From NCBI GenBank assembly GCA_002269645.1, contig NIVC01002486.1:1-40849 (forward strand): a DNA stretch of 40,849 nt, read 5' to 3'. Origin of the DNA: Macrostomum lignano. Lineage: Eukaryota. Under the pieces are notes generated by a model, which saw nothing but the letters and a program-made list of their open reading frames with translations, ran no database searches and was not told the origin of the DNA. The position numbers were made by a program, and so were the translations under genes. The first letter of the stretch is position 1, and every line of letters starts with the position of its first letter. Shown here in pieces: positions 15,562 through 26,773 of this stretch.

Positions 15562-16156
15562 CACTACATGTGTATTATATATATATGCATGCAAGCTTTC
15601 GGACTGCTCCAGTGTATTATACCTTCGTACTAATGCGCAAAACATCGGGTGGTGTGACACAGGCAGGCAGCCACCCCACTCTCTTCTCTTCTTTTCCTTT
15701 TTGAAGCTGTCCAAATTTAGCAGAACACTGTACAGTTTGACCTTCACTACAAAACGCGTACTACATCTTGTGCGCTAATTTCATTTTTCAAACCCCAACT
15801 TCTCAGTTTTTCTTTTAATTTTTGGCGAGTACACTCATGAGCACAGTCTCGAAGTAACTGGGGGTAAAATAGTCTGTGTGTACACTATACACTTGAGCGA
15901 TGCGCCTAACGCGTGCCTGAGTGGGCGTGTATTGTTGCTGTGCTGTCTGCCGAATCTGTTAAAAAATAGATTCTCTTACAAAATTGCCCTAGCTCTCATG
16001 CTTATCTCTTACGACGTAACTGCTTCGTGTGCTTAAGCAAATTTGTTAACATAGATTTTAGTTCTGTGTTGTTTTCAATTAACGCCTGTTAGAACAGTCT
16101 AGTATTATGGATTGAAGAAACAGTTTGCGTTCGAAGTAAACTACAAGGATTGATAG

Positions 16157-19100
16157 ATGGAATTCACAAAAGAGTAAGTATAGCCGTCGATTTATTGAAC
16201 TTAACATGCACATTAGGGGATCTTGCTTTGCATCTGCACCTAAAATAAAATTTTTGAAACTATCGTACCCAGAAAAACCCTGAAAATAGATAAAATTTTC
16301 TACCTAGCAGGAAGTTTACTGAACCGCAGTTCCTCAAAAGCGTACAAGAAAAAGCGGGCAGACTTAAAGAAACTGCCTATTTAAACCAGCTTCCAAATTA
16401 TAAGCAATTAAGCGCAGTTATAAAAAAACAATGCATAAGCAGAAAATCAGAAAAAGCATTCAAGTCAAAACCAAAGCCAAGTGTCCACATTTTTGACGAT
16501 CAGTCGCGTCAAAAGTTTAGCCGAGAGTTCCGGGCCAGGTCAATAGTGCACAAAGCTTTTCCCCGCAGATTCGATCCCTACCAGGTGTTTAAAGTTGAGC
16601 AGCAGCCGTGCCAGGTGTTGCAGGTAACCGTTATAAAAGGTCGGAAGATCACCAAAGGTCGACTGTGGGATTTCAGTGAGTTGCGCGTGACCAAAACTTG
16701 ACAGAATCTGTACTACCTCATCTGATTGTAAAACCAAAAGTGAACTGTGCCTCCGCAGTTGACAAGCCGGATCCCTACGTGCAGCTGAAGATTCCCAGCA
16801 GTCCAACTGGAGTGAAGCGAACCAGCTGCATAGAGAACAACTCTGACCCCATGTGGAACGAGTCTTTCACCTTTCTGCTCGATGGAGCGAAGGAGAACGT
16901 GCTAAGTAAGTGAACTACATTTTTTATTGCACCTTCCCTAATGGGCAGATGTGCAACCGACAGCTCAGCTGCAGTAATCGCGCGGCCCATCTGAAGGCTG
17001 CGTACGGCTGTTCAGTCCAAGGACTAGGGGGGGGGGTCGCCACACACACTCAATTACCCCAGCTAATGCTGGCACCCATTTTACAGCTGGGTGAACTGAC
17101 GCAATGTAGAGTTGAGTGTCTTGCTCAAAAGACACAAATTGTTCCAGTGGAATCGGGAATCGAACCCCCTGAAATTTCAGTCGTGAGTCTGATGCTCTAA
17201 CCACTAGGCGAACTACATGTAATGCACTAATTCGAATATTCGACCAATATTCGAAAAAAACTGTCATGATAATATTTGTGCCAAAGAACCGGGACTACTA
17301 TACAACCGGTACTGATATTACTGCATCAACTATATTTTCTCTCAACTTCGTTTCAGTAATCTCTTTAATGGAAGCGAACCATTTGGGCTTGGATAGCCAA
17401 TATGGCGAAGTTTATTATCCACTAGGAGATCTTAAAATGGATCGAATGATTGCAAAAACATTCCATTTTGACAAGGTTAGTGTGTTGTAAACTGAAGGAT
17501 AAACTAGTACACTTGAAAGTTTCATGTAACTCGATAAATTTTAACCTACCGAACATTTTTTTTTCAGAAAGGACAAGTTGACATTGAATTTTACTTGAGC
17601 AACGAGTAAGTTTATTAGACCAGTAGCTATAGACCATTAAATTTTATCCCGAAATTACCGCCATCGTCAAAAGGCTTGCACTTCCACTTATCATACTGAG
17701 AACACTTTCACAACCGCGGTGTTTCTGACAGTCAAAATTTGTAAGACACCTATGATTTATTAAATATAGTTCTCAATAGCTGAGCAAGTTTACATTCAGT
17801 ATACTCAAGTCAACCACAAAGCTAATCATTTTACTTCAACTAACACATAGCTCGTTGGATTATACGATTACTGTCAAATCATCTACGAGAATAAGCCACT
17901 TCTAAACGTAAGCGCTTAAACATCTTAACAATTTACCGTAACCACCCAAACCAACCGAGAACAGCTGCAAGCCTGACCTCCGGTTCAGCCTGTGCCTATG
18001 CAACGAAGAGAAAGTGTTCCGCGAGCGTCGGCGCAAAGTCGTGTTCGAAGCGCTGCACGGACTGCTGCCCCGAGAAGCCGCTCCCGAAGCCTCGACGAGG
18101 TGCCCGTCATCGCCGTGATGGGCTCCGGTGGCGGCTTCCGAGCGATGGCCGCTTTTAGCGGAGTGTTCAACGCATTGGAGTCTAGCGGAGTGTTGGACTG
18201 CACAACCTACACTGCCGCTCTGTCAGGTAGGTTGCTAGAGAGCTACAGAGCTAGCTCAGATTATATCATATATCAATTGGTACTTGTTGTCCCGTATGTA
18301 GGTTATTTTTAATGAGTAGATCTGTAATTGCCAAACTTAACCAACTAATAGGGGTTTCACAAATCACAACGATCTTGATTCTTACGAGCAGAGAGATACA
18401 TTAAATGACAGCGCATATCGTTGAATGACAGTGCTAATTAGCTAGCGTCCTATTTGCCAATTTTTTTAGGAAAAACAGTTATAAAAGTACATCCTTGTTT
18501 TGTAGGTAGCAATGAACGAGATTTCGTTTGAATTTCTATTCAGAATTAAGTGCTAGACAATTTGGTGTCACGGAAAACGCTCAAAAACATGCGTTTAATG
18601 TGAAATGGAGAATAAAATATGAACATTCTAGATCTAGCCGTTTTCTTTGGATGCGACTTTTAGGAATTCGATTTCTTAGGAATTCTGAGACCACAGAGTT
18701 ATGGTTAATCAAGGTAAATATTTAAGTTGGTGGAAACAGCTTAAATTCATGTTTAGGGTAGACTACTATATAGAAAAGCGACTTCATGCTTTAAGTGAAG
18801 CGAAACTGCAATCATTTTAACAGTCACATGCATTAAGCTGTAGGCCAAAATCGATGCTCACAGTGAGCATGTTCAATGCTAAAATGGCTGAAGGAAGTAC
18901 ACTCGTTTACTATGAAATCGATTTACATGCCATTAACTGACACCCGCAGGCTCAGCCTGGTATCTGGCCACCCTGTATTCCCACCCGGAGTATCCCAGGA
19001 AGTCTTGCCGCATAGTGCAACAAGAAATCCGCTCTCGGGTTCAACAATCAATGCTGCGACTAGTGTCACCCAGCTACCTGTACAACTATGTGTGCCTCCT

Positions 19101-22100
19101 GGCCGAGAAAAAGCGACATGGCATACCGTTGTCATTCACCGACTTCTTCGGGTTGATGATTGGCCAGACGTTGATACCCGATGTAAGCAGTTGGATTCAG
19201 GCGCGTCGCCACCGGGGGACAGGGGAGACATGCCAACCCCCAGTAAAAGCTATGGGGGGACATGCCAATGCTTTGTTCCCCCAATCCACCTTGTTACCAA
19301 TAATCAATAATGTAATCAATAATTTTTCTTCAAGGCACCAAAATGAGTGCCTGCGGTGCCAAAATGAGTGCCTACGGCGCCAAAATGAGTGCCTACGGCG
19401 CCAAAATGAGTGCCTGCGGCGTCAAAATGAGTATCTGCGGCGCCAAAATGAGTGCCTGCGGCGTCAAAATGAGTGCCTGCGGCGTCAAAATGAGTATCTG
19501 CGGCGCCAAAATGAGTGCCTGCGGCGTCAAAATGAGTGTCTGCGGCGTCAAAATGAGTATTTGCGGCGCCAAAATGAGTGCCTGCGGCGTCAAAATGAGT
19601 GCCTGCCGCGTCAAAATGAGTGCCTGCGGCGTCAAAATGAGTGCCTGCGCGTCAAAATGAGTGCCTGCGGCGTCAAAATGAGTGCCTGCGGTACCAAAAT
19701 GAGTGCCTGCGGCGCCAAAATGAGTTCTGACAACACGATTCTTAAAATAATGTTAATGTAGGAATTTAGTCATGTATACATGAACATGTCCCCCCACGAA
19801 TAAAATCTATGGCGACGCACCTGGTTAGATTTAGTGATTTAATGTTAAAACCTTTACGACCTAATTTATGCGTCTTAAATATTCGCGAACAGCGGAAGAA
19901 AGCAGCATTTCTTATTGAAGGGACTTGGCTTGTCAAAGCGGAACACGAATTTAGCTATTGACGCGTATGGGCACCGTTAAGTGCATGAAACTGCATGAAA
20001 AAGGGTCCCTATGGTAATTATCTTAACATATTTGCAGCAAATACGAGGGGTGTTCGATATATTTCCCGATCCATAGAAAAGCAACAGTGTTTAATAAAAA
20101 ACAAATTTTAGCCCTTTCTGAAGTACTCTCCGTCTGCATCAGTGCACTTCCACATTCTCTCAAACCACATAGAAAAGCAGTTGCCCCACTCCGACTGTTC
20201 AGTTTATTGAACATTCCTCGTATAAACCTATCGAATTTAAAGTCACAAACAAAATATTTGTCAAGCTGTGCGTTGTCTGACAAAATGAATATACATTAAC
20301 TGAGAATGAGCTTCATTGTGCTGCAATACTAGTCACTCTGCCGATCATTTTATCGGAAAATTACTTAGTATCATACGCTCATATTAATTTCAGCGCATGT
20401 CCTGCAAACTGAGCGATCAATGTCAAAAAGTGAAGTACGCCAACCTTCCTTTGCCTCTCTATTGCTGTCTAAACGTTAAGAAAGACGTATCGGCGAGAAT
20501 ATTTCAAGAGTGGCTCGAGTTCACGCCGTTCGAAATTGGCTTGCCCAAGTACGGCTGCTTCCAACGAACCTGCCATTTCGGTTGCAAATTCTTCATCGGG
20601 CGGCTTTGCCGCGAATATGAAGAGCCACCGCTACACTTCTTAATGGGTAAAAGAGCTTAATGTTTGAAATCGTCTGTTTACATTTTGTTAATATTCGTAA
20701 TCGCAACGCCACATAATTTATCTTGCGCAGGTATTTGGGGCAGCGCGTTTACCATTCTGGTCAAGGATCTGCTCCGGCGCGAGATTGACTTGGAGAAGTT
20801 GTACAATGGCAACTACGAGGCTGAGCGATTCCGAGGCGAAGTTCCAAACGGGTTGGATGAAGCAGCTAAAAGACGGGGCAGCGGTAAGGCCCGGAGGACT
20901 AAAGGAATCGCAGCTTGACGAAGTCGGAGCAGTGTAGGATGAGGATAAGAAACATTGTTATGAAAAGCGTCGCTATAGAAAGTCATTGAACCAGATTGAA
21001 CCTGGCGTTCAACCAACTCGGAAGACTCACTAAGAACTCATACGATTTTCTGACATCTCATAAGGGAAGATGAAGTCGCCTCAGTCGCAACGCAGAGTTA
21101 AAGAAATGTCCTTAGAAATTTCCTGTCTAAGTCGTTCCGAGTCAGGAGAGCAATTAATCTATTTTTAGTTCACACTTTAGTCGTTATAAAGCCTCCGAAC
21201 GAGCCTCTTAACTATGCATCCACAATTCGGAAGTTCTTTCTGAATGATTTCAGCAAATTTTCTCGTGACAATGCTAACATATCGTGTTTTTGATGGGCTA
21301 ACTTTTTTTTTTAAATAAGCATCATATAAATATAAACGACTCTACGGAATGCCGTACGCGCTTGTCCAATAAATATGAACTGGGTTGACCCTAGTGATTT
21401 TTCCAATTTTCAGACTTGTCTGTTTCCTCGAACAACTCGGAGCCCCTGGGTCGTCGGCGGGCCGGCATGGCTGCGGCCAGTGGCGCTGACCCGCTGCATC
21501 CGCGACCAGTCAACAAAATTGACAAATTGCTACTGAATCTTGACGCCGAATGCAAAAACTTGCGCAGCTCCTACAACTTTGGCTCAAGCGGGATTGGCTC
21601 CATGAGCGCGCCAGTGAAGATGCAATCAAAAGGCGATAGTCTTTTTCAGTTTGTCAAGGGCGACCCGCCGTCAGAGGAGTACGGAACAATTGGTGAGCGC
21701 GTCTTGCTGTTGATCGTCGGTCTCTGGAAATAGAAACTCCTTCTGTCACTAATTTTTATTTCTTTGAATCTTTTGTACACAATTCACAGGAGACGACGAC
21801 GCCTCCTCAGTTGTGTCGCACGATTCCGACTCCGAAGAGGAACGAGGAATTTTGGAGAAGCTAGATCAACTGACTGCTGAGGACAATTCACCGCTAGGCT
21901 GGTGGGAACGATGGAGGAATAGCGTTTTCTCGGAGTGAGCCAGTACTTTGGTTGCAGAAAAAGATCTTTTGATTTCGATACATATTAATAGATACTGAAT
22001 CAAAGAAAATTATAAAATTTCAGATTGCGACTGCTCAACACCATGTCGGGCAGGGCAGCCATGGTGCACAACTTTATGCGCAGTCTTACTGTTACCAAGG

Positions 22101-24220
22101 CCTATCCTATAGCGCCATTCACTCCCACAAGACCTCGTGAAGCTGGATTTCGCTTTGAAGATGCACCGATTTCAGGTGAGCCAAACTGCGTTAGACTTTT
22201 ACTCACAGTGACCAAAATATTCATTCAAGTTTACGTTCCGCTTCCGCACGAGTTTACCGATTAAAGAAAGGTTGGTTTCCAAAAAGAAGCATTTCAGCTA
22301 CACTATGCTACTGTATGTGACTGTGTTGTTACTAGCAGTAATACCTTAAATTCCTTTATAAGTACGAGCCACCAATTATTTCACTATCTAACGATTGCAT
22401 TCTGTTTATTTACGAAGACAAATAGATCTCTAAAAAAGCTACACCTAAAATTTTTTGCAGTTGCCGGCAACGGTGATTTCCTAGAAATGTTTGAGACGGA
22501 CCAGAACTCCTTCTCCAAGTACATGCACGTAGTCGACGCTGGTCTGGCCTTCAATTCGCCCTACCCGCTAGTGCTGAGACAGCAGAGGGGCGTCGATCTC
22601 ATTTTGTCGTTTGACTTCAGCGGTAGAAAGCACGACAATTACCCGCCTTTTAAGGTGAGACAATAGTTTATTACGAGTTGTATTCATTAGTTACAAAGAT
22701 GATTGATACCCCTGCATACCTACCTATTATACTTTGGATAGCAGACGAACCATGCGATTTCGCCCCCGGATGTAACAAGTATTTGAATCGTCCGATTTAT
22801 TTGGTCAATGTGGTTATTTGCGCATTAGTATACAGTTAATTAAGTTATAGTTCGATACTTAAAACTTTGCCCTATAAACTCGTACAAAATAATCTTTTTC
22901 GTCACTTCAGGAGCTATTACTGGCGTACAAATGGGCCCTGATCAGAAATGTTCCATTTCCGCACATCACACTAGACAAATACGAGAAGAAAGGCATGCAG
23001 GAGGTTTACATCTTTCGAGACAAAGAGAATCCACGAGTGCCAATAATTATGCACTTCGTGCTGGTCAACTTATCATTCCGCGAGTTTAAAAACCCAAGTA
23101 ATAAGTTAATCCTAACTTTATAAATACCAATCACTACTTGATTCTACGGTTTGTCGATAGAAACAAGCTTAATTAAACTATTTCTTTTCCAGACGTTCGT
23201 CGGACTCTGCAAGACGAGCTAAACTTTGCAAACTTTGACATTTTTGGTGGAGAAAAGAATCCCTACAGTACATTCAACTTTGTCTACTCTCCGCTGGAAT
23301 TCGATCGCATCGCTTCCATGATGGAGTACAACACTCTTAACTGTCTGCCTCGCATCAAGAAGTGCATAGCCGAGTGCATCGAGCGTAGACGAAGCTTCGA
23401 TCTTGGAGTTCCCATCGACCAGTCGCACATGAACGACTTCCTTAACATGTCCGCCAATCTGGGCGTGAATCGCCACGACGCTAAAGTTCTTGGAAAGTAC
23501 ATAAGTCAAAGGGAGACAGAGTTCTCGCTTAACAGCTCGAGCGGAACCGGCGGCGGCGGACGCCACGCCAGACGCTGGGATTCAGACTTCGACGATCAAG
23601 ACGATGAAGATGAGGAAGAATTCGACGAAGAAATCACAACCCACGATGATGCGCAAGTTATTCAGCAGCGTAATGAAATTTCTCAAGGAAGCAATAGAGC
23701 TAAGCCCGATACCGGAAAAGAAAAAGTCAAGATTGTAGCATTCGACGAGCCAGATGGACCGCTGCAGCCACCGGAGTCGCTGCCGCATCAAGTATCGGCG
23801 ACAGCACCTACTCCTGCGCCCACACAATCTGTGAATTCGAACTCGGAAGCTTCATCTTTACGCCAGCGTAGAAAAGGTCAGCGCGGTCGCAACCAGCTAC
23901 GAGTGATCATACCGCAGCGGCCCTTCTTAGCACCAATACGACGCGACTGCCCCCGCTGTTCTGTGGCCTCGTCCTCATCATCGCCTTCATCAACATCTCC
24001 GATGGTTGGTTCGGCAAAGACTTCGCCACTTTTGCCTAAGGTTCGACAGCCGACACCGGTGAGAGTTGTTAAATCGGCGGTGACGTCGTCGTCTTCGTCT
24101 TCTGAGTTCGACACAGCAGATGAGGGGGGCGGTGGTCAACAAGCCAAGGACGAAGTTGATGCCGCCATTCGAGAACGTCTAAATGAAGATTTGCTACAGG
24201 AGCTGCAGAGATTTCATTAA
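16157..24220 (+). CDS. PLA2G4A: Cytosolic phospholipase A2 (group IVA-like): C2 domain, catalytic domain and a long C-terminal extension; ~15 coding exons; one apparent -1 frameshift near 18085
   Basis: Exons: 16157-16173 (tentative), 16569-16675, 16759-16905, 17357-17475, 17568-17606, ~17960/17972-18226, 18950-19182, 20394-20646, 20731-20883, 21414-21692, 21790-21934, 22024-22175, 22461-22654, 22911-23097, 23193-24220. Motifs: FDPYQ, DKPDPYV, PMWNESF, PDLRFS, GSGGGFRAM, ALSG|S (nucleophile), WLEFTPFEIG, G|IWGSAF, HVVDAGLAFNSPYP (catalytic Asp), GVDLILSFDFS. The acceptor of exon 6 is ambiguous. Confidence 0.95.
16921..17209 (-). mobile_element. tRNA-derived SINE with a CORE (MIR-like) domain, in cPLA2 intron 3
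   Basis: On the minus strand: A-box region CGCCTAGTGGTTAGAGC, B box GGTTCGATTCC, CORE-like TTGAGCAAGACACTCAAC...CAGCTGTAAAATGGG, and tail GCAATAAAAA. An exact 9-bp TSD GAACTACAT lies at 16912-16920 and 17210-17218. Confidence 0.85.
19198..19823. mobile_element. hAT-like MITE containing ~18 copies of a 21-bp repeat, in a cPLA2 intron
   Basis: TIRs are CAGGCGCGTCGCCA and TGGCGACGCACCTG. The 8-bp TSD is GTTGGATT / GTTAGATT (1 mismatch). The internal array (AAAATGAGTGCCTGCGGCG(C/T)C)n spans ~19335-19725. Confidence 0.82.
20044..20220 (-). mobile_element. 177-bp mariner-derived MITE/deletion derivative
   Basis: Ends are TA|CGAGGGGTGTTC and GAACATTCCTCG|TA. The minus strand encodes RMWKCTDADGEYF, resembling the mariner transposase C-terminal KCxxxxGxYF motif. 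Confidence 0.75.
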
Positions 24221-24518
24221 TCTAACTCGTTTTCTTGACTTCAAACTTGCGTTTTCAAGGATCTTCCTGGATTCACTGATTACGCTCATTATAATGCGTT
24301 ATTTGACACATCCATACACAGCAATGATTGATAAGTGTTTCGAATAGGTTTTGGCACGCTTAATATTGAAAAGTTATTGTATTTAACAGCACAAGTACAT
24401 GCTGCATAAAGCGTTTTTAAGCAGAAATATTACTTTGTTCATTTCCTTTTCAAGTAAAGTATTAGAAAAATTGAATGAAACGGTACTATACAAAACTGTA
24501 TCACTAATATTCGACTGG

Positions 24519-24637
24519 TTTTTCAACGAAACCAGTTGCATTTCAATACCTCATATTTTAGGCGTTACAGCAAAATTATCATTACTTTTTGACTTCCCCT
24601 CGTACTGCATATCAAAAAGTGCACAAATTCCGGAAGT
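24519..24637 (-). mobile_element. Isolated inverted copy of the mariner left end plus ~35 bp of its outer flank
   Basis: Its reverse complement aligns with 25002-25124. Confidence 0.8.
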
Positions 24638-25036
24638 GCACTAATACGAGCATAAAGAAGCTTTTTAAAAAATCAATTATTTATCTGCATACACATAATG
24701 ACAAATAAAAATACAACTGACATGCTTTTAGGCTACAACTCTGACAAACGAAAGCGTCTGGTCATCCAATAATCAGGTTAGGGTTGCGAATTAATCAAAC
24801 GTATGACATGAAATGTCGAAGGCATGTCCAAAAAAGCGCGTCACTAAGAGTATAATAGCTATTTCAGATCTTAGATATTATGAATACTACACAATGAGCC
24901 AGACTTTTAAGGGGCATGAGTCCGTCCTACGAATTCGGTTTCAAGAGACAAGAGTGTAGGGATCAATAATGAGGCGCTGCCGATCTCGTGATAAATACGC
25001 GACTTCTGGAATTTGTGCACTTTTTGAAAACCAGTA

Positions 25037-26037
25037 CGAGGGGAAGTAAAAAAGTAAAGATAATTTTGTTGTAACGCCTAAAATATAAGAGGTATTGAAA
25101 TTCAACTGGTTTCGTTTGAAAAAACATCTTTTGTTCTTAATTTGACAGAGTTTTGGTTCTTCTAGAGTGATCGATTTCTGCATGATGACGCTCTAATAAC
25201 AGTATACCCTTTCAGCAAAGGAAAATTAAAAAATCGAAGCTCGCACTAAGGTGAAGTTTCTTGTAAAACTTGGTTGGAAGACAGCCGAAATCATTGTCGC
25301 TTTGAAGAAGTCTATATGGACACTGCTCCACCAGATCCAACCATTTACTGCTGGATTTAGGCTTTTAGAAAACTTTTACCAACGCTTAGTGACTGGGGTT
25401 GAAACATGAATATTTCAGTATAATCCCGAATCCAAAGTCCAATCCAAGGAGTGGTTGCACAAGGTTCAGCGGACCCCAAGAAGTTCCGTGCGGAAGGGTC
25501 TGCAGCGAAGGTCTTGGCGACCATCTTCTGGGATGTTGAGGGAGTGGTGATGGTGGACTTCTTGGAAGGCCAGAAGACCATCAATGCCACCTAATATGAG
25601 TCGCTTCTGCAAAAGCTCCACTCCGAATTGGCCAAAAAGCGACCTGGCAAGCTGCACCATGTGATTCTCTTTCACCACGACAATGCACCAGCCCACACTT
25701 CTCGGCTTTGCCGTGAACCCCTTCGAGATTTCCGCTGGGAAATCCTCTAGCATCCTCCATATAGCCCTGATTTGGCTCCTTAAGACTTTTTTTGGTTCCC
25801 AAGCTGAAGGAAGCAATCAAAGGAGTCTAACATGAGGACCAGGAGGCTGCCAAAAAGGCTACTGTACAGTGACTTGCTGCACAGCCTCCTGAGTTCTACG
25901 CGAACGGCCTGGAGAGATGGCGACACCGCATGGAGAAGTGTCTGACCCTGGAGGGGGACTATGTAGAAAAATAGATTCTAATTTTAAGTTTGACACTCGT
26001 GAGAATAAAATTATCATTACTTTTTGACTTCCCCTCA
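25037..26037 (+). mobile_element. Decayed mariner (DD34D-type) element with an internally deleted transposase pseudogene
   Basis: TIR is C/TGAGGGGAAGT(A/C)AAAAAGTAA(A/T)GATAATTTT, with TA at both ends. Remnants: IEARTKVKFLVKLGWKTAEII, VTGVET*IFQYNPESK, TIFWDVEGVVMVDFL, HDNAPAH, HPPYSPDLAP*DF and KCLTLEGDYVEK*. There are multiple stops and frameshifts, and the region between the HTH and the first Asp is missing. Confidence 0.93.
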
Positions 26038-26773
26038 TATTGGTGCGGTTTCATATTGCTAATGTGAACAGACGGTCTCGGAGTTCGATTAGATGTTCGC
26101 TTTATCGGACTTGGTAAATATTCCTTAACACAAGATATCATTTATTAGTATTGAATTGCATAAAAATATATTAGAGCAAACATCCTACTACAGTAATTCG
26201 TTCTAAGGAGATTCGTGAGTTCTGCCTAATAGTTCTAATCATTTGACATACAATTTGTTGTTCATGTGCATCAAATGCAAACCCAACAATCATTTTTATC
26301 AGATATCCATATGCGACTACAAGCGCAATATTGCGATTCAAAGCAGAGTATCCGATGAAGAGTAGGAAGAGCAGCGGCTGCATTCGCATTATGAGAAAAA
26401 TTTTGAAATTGCTAGCTACATCACACCGCCACCGCACACAAAACGGTTCTGCTTTTCATCCAGCCATAAACAAGACTGCAGGGTGTTGGATTTTCGTGGT
26501 GTACGTAGATCATTTTTTTGAATTTGCATAGAACCGAGGGTCGCCGTGTTAATTTGAATGAAATTAACTCCGCTGAGCATTTCTAGTCACTAAAAACGCG
26601 AGAATTAAAGCAAAATCAAATTAATCCAAACGCCAATCGCATTTCTCTGGGTTTTGCAAACAGCAAAACTATAAACTTCAGCATTAAAGGCCAAGCGCAT
26701 TAGTTCTCTCCAACAGAAGCTTTCATTTTTGCTCTGTTTCTCAGTCCAGCAGCAGCTTGAGACAGTGGAGACT

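Noticed and set aside
17140-17216. tRNA gene on the minus strand
   Set aside because: The A and B boxes are present but it continues into a CORE domain with a tail and TSD, so it is a SINE head.
19015-19761. 248-aa ORF with (RQNECLR)n
   Set aside because: Read-through from cPLA2 exon 7 past the GTAAGC donor into the MITE repeat.
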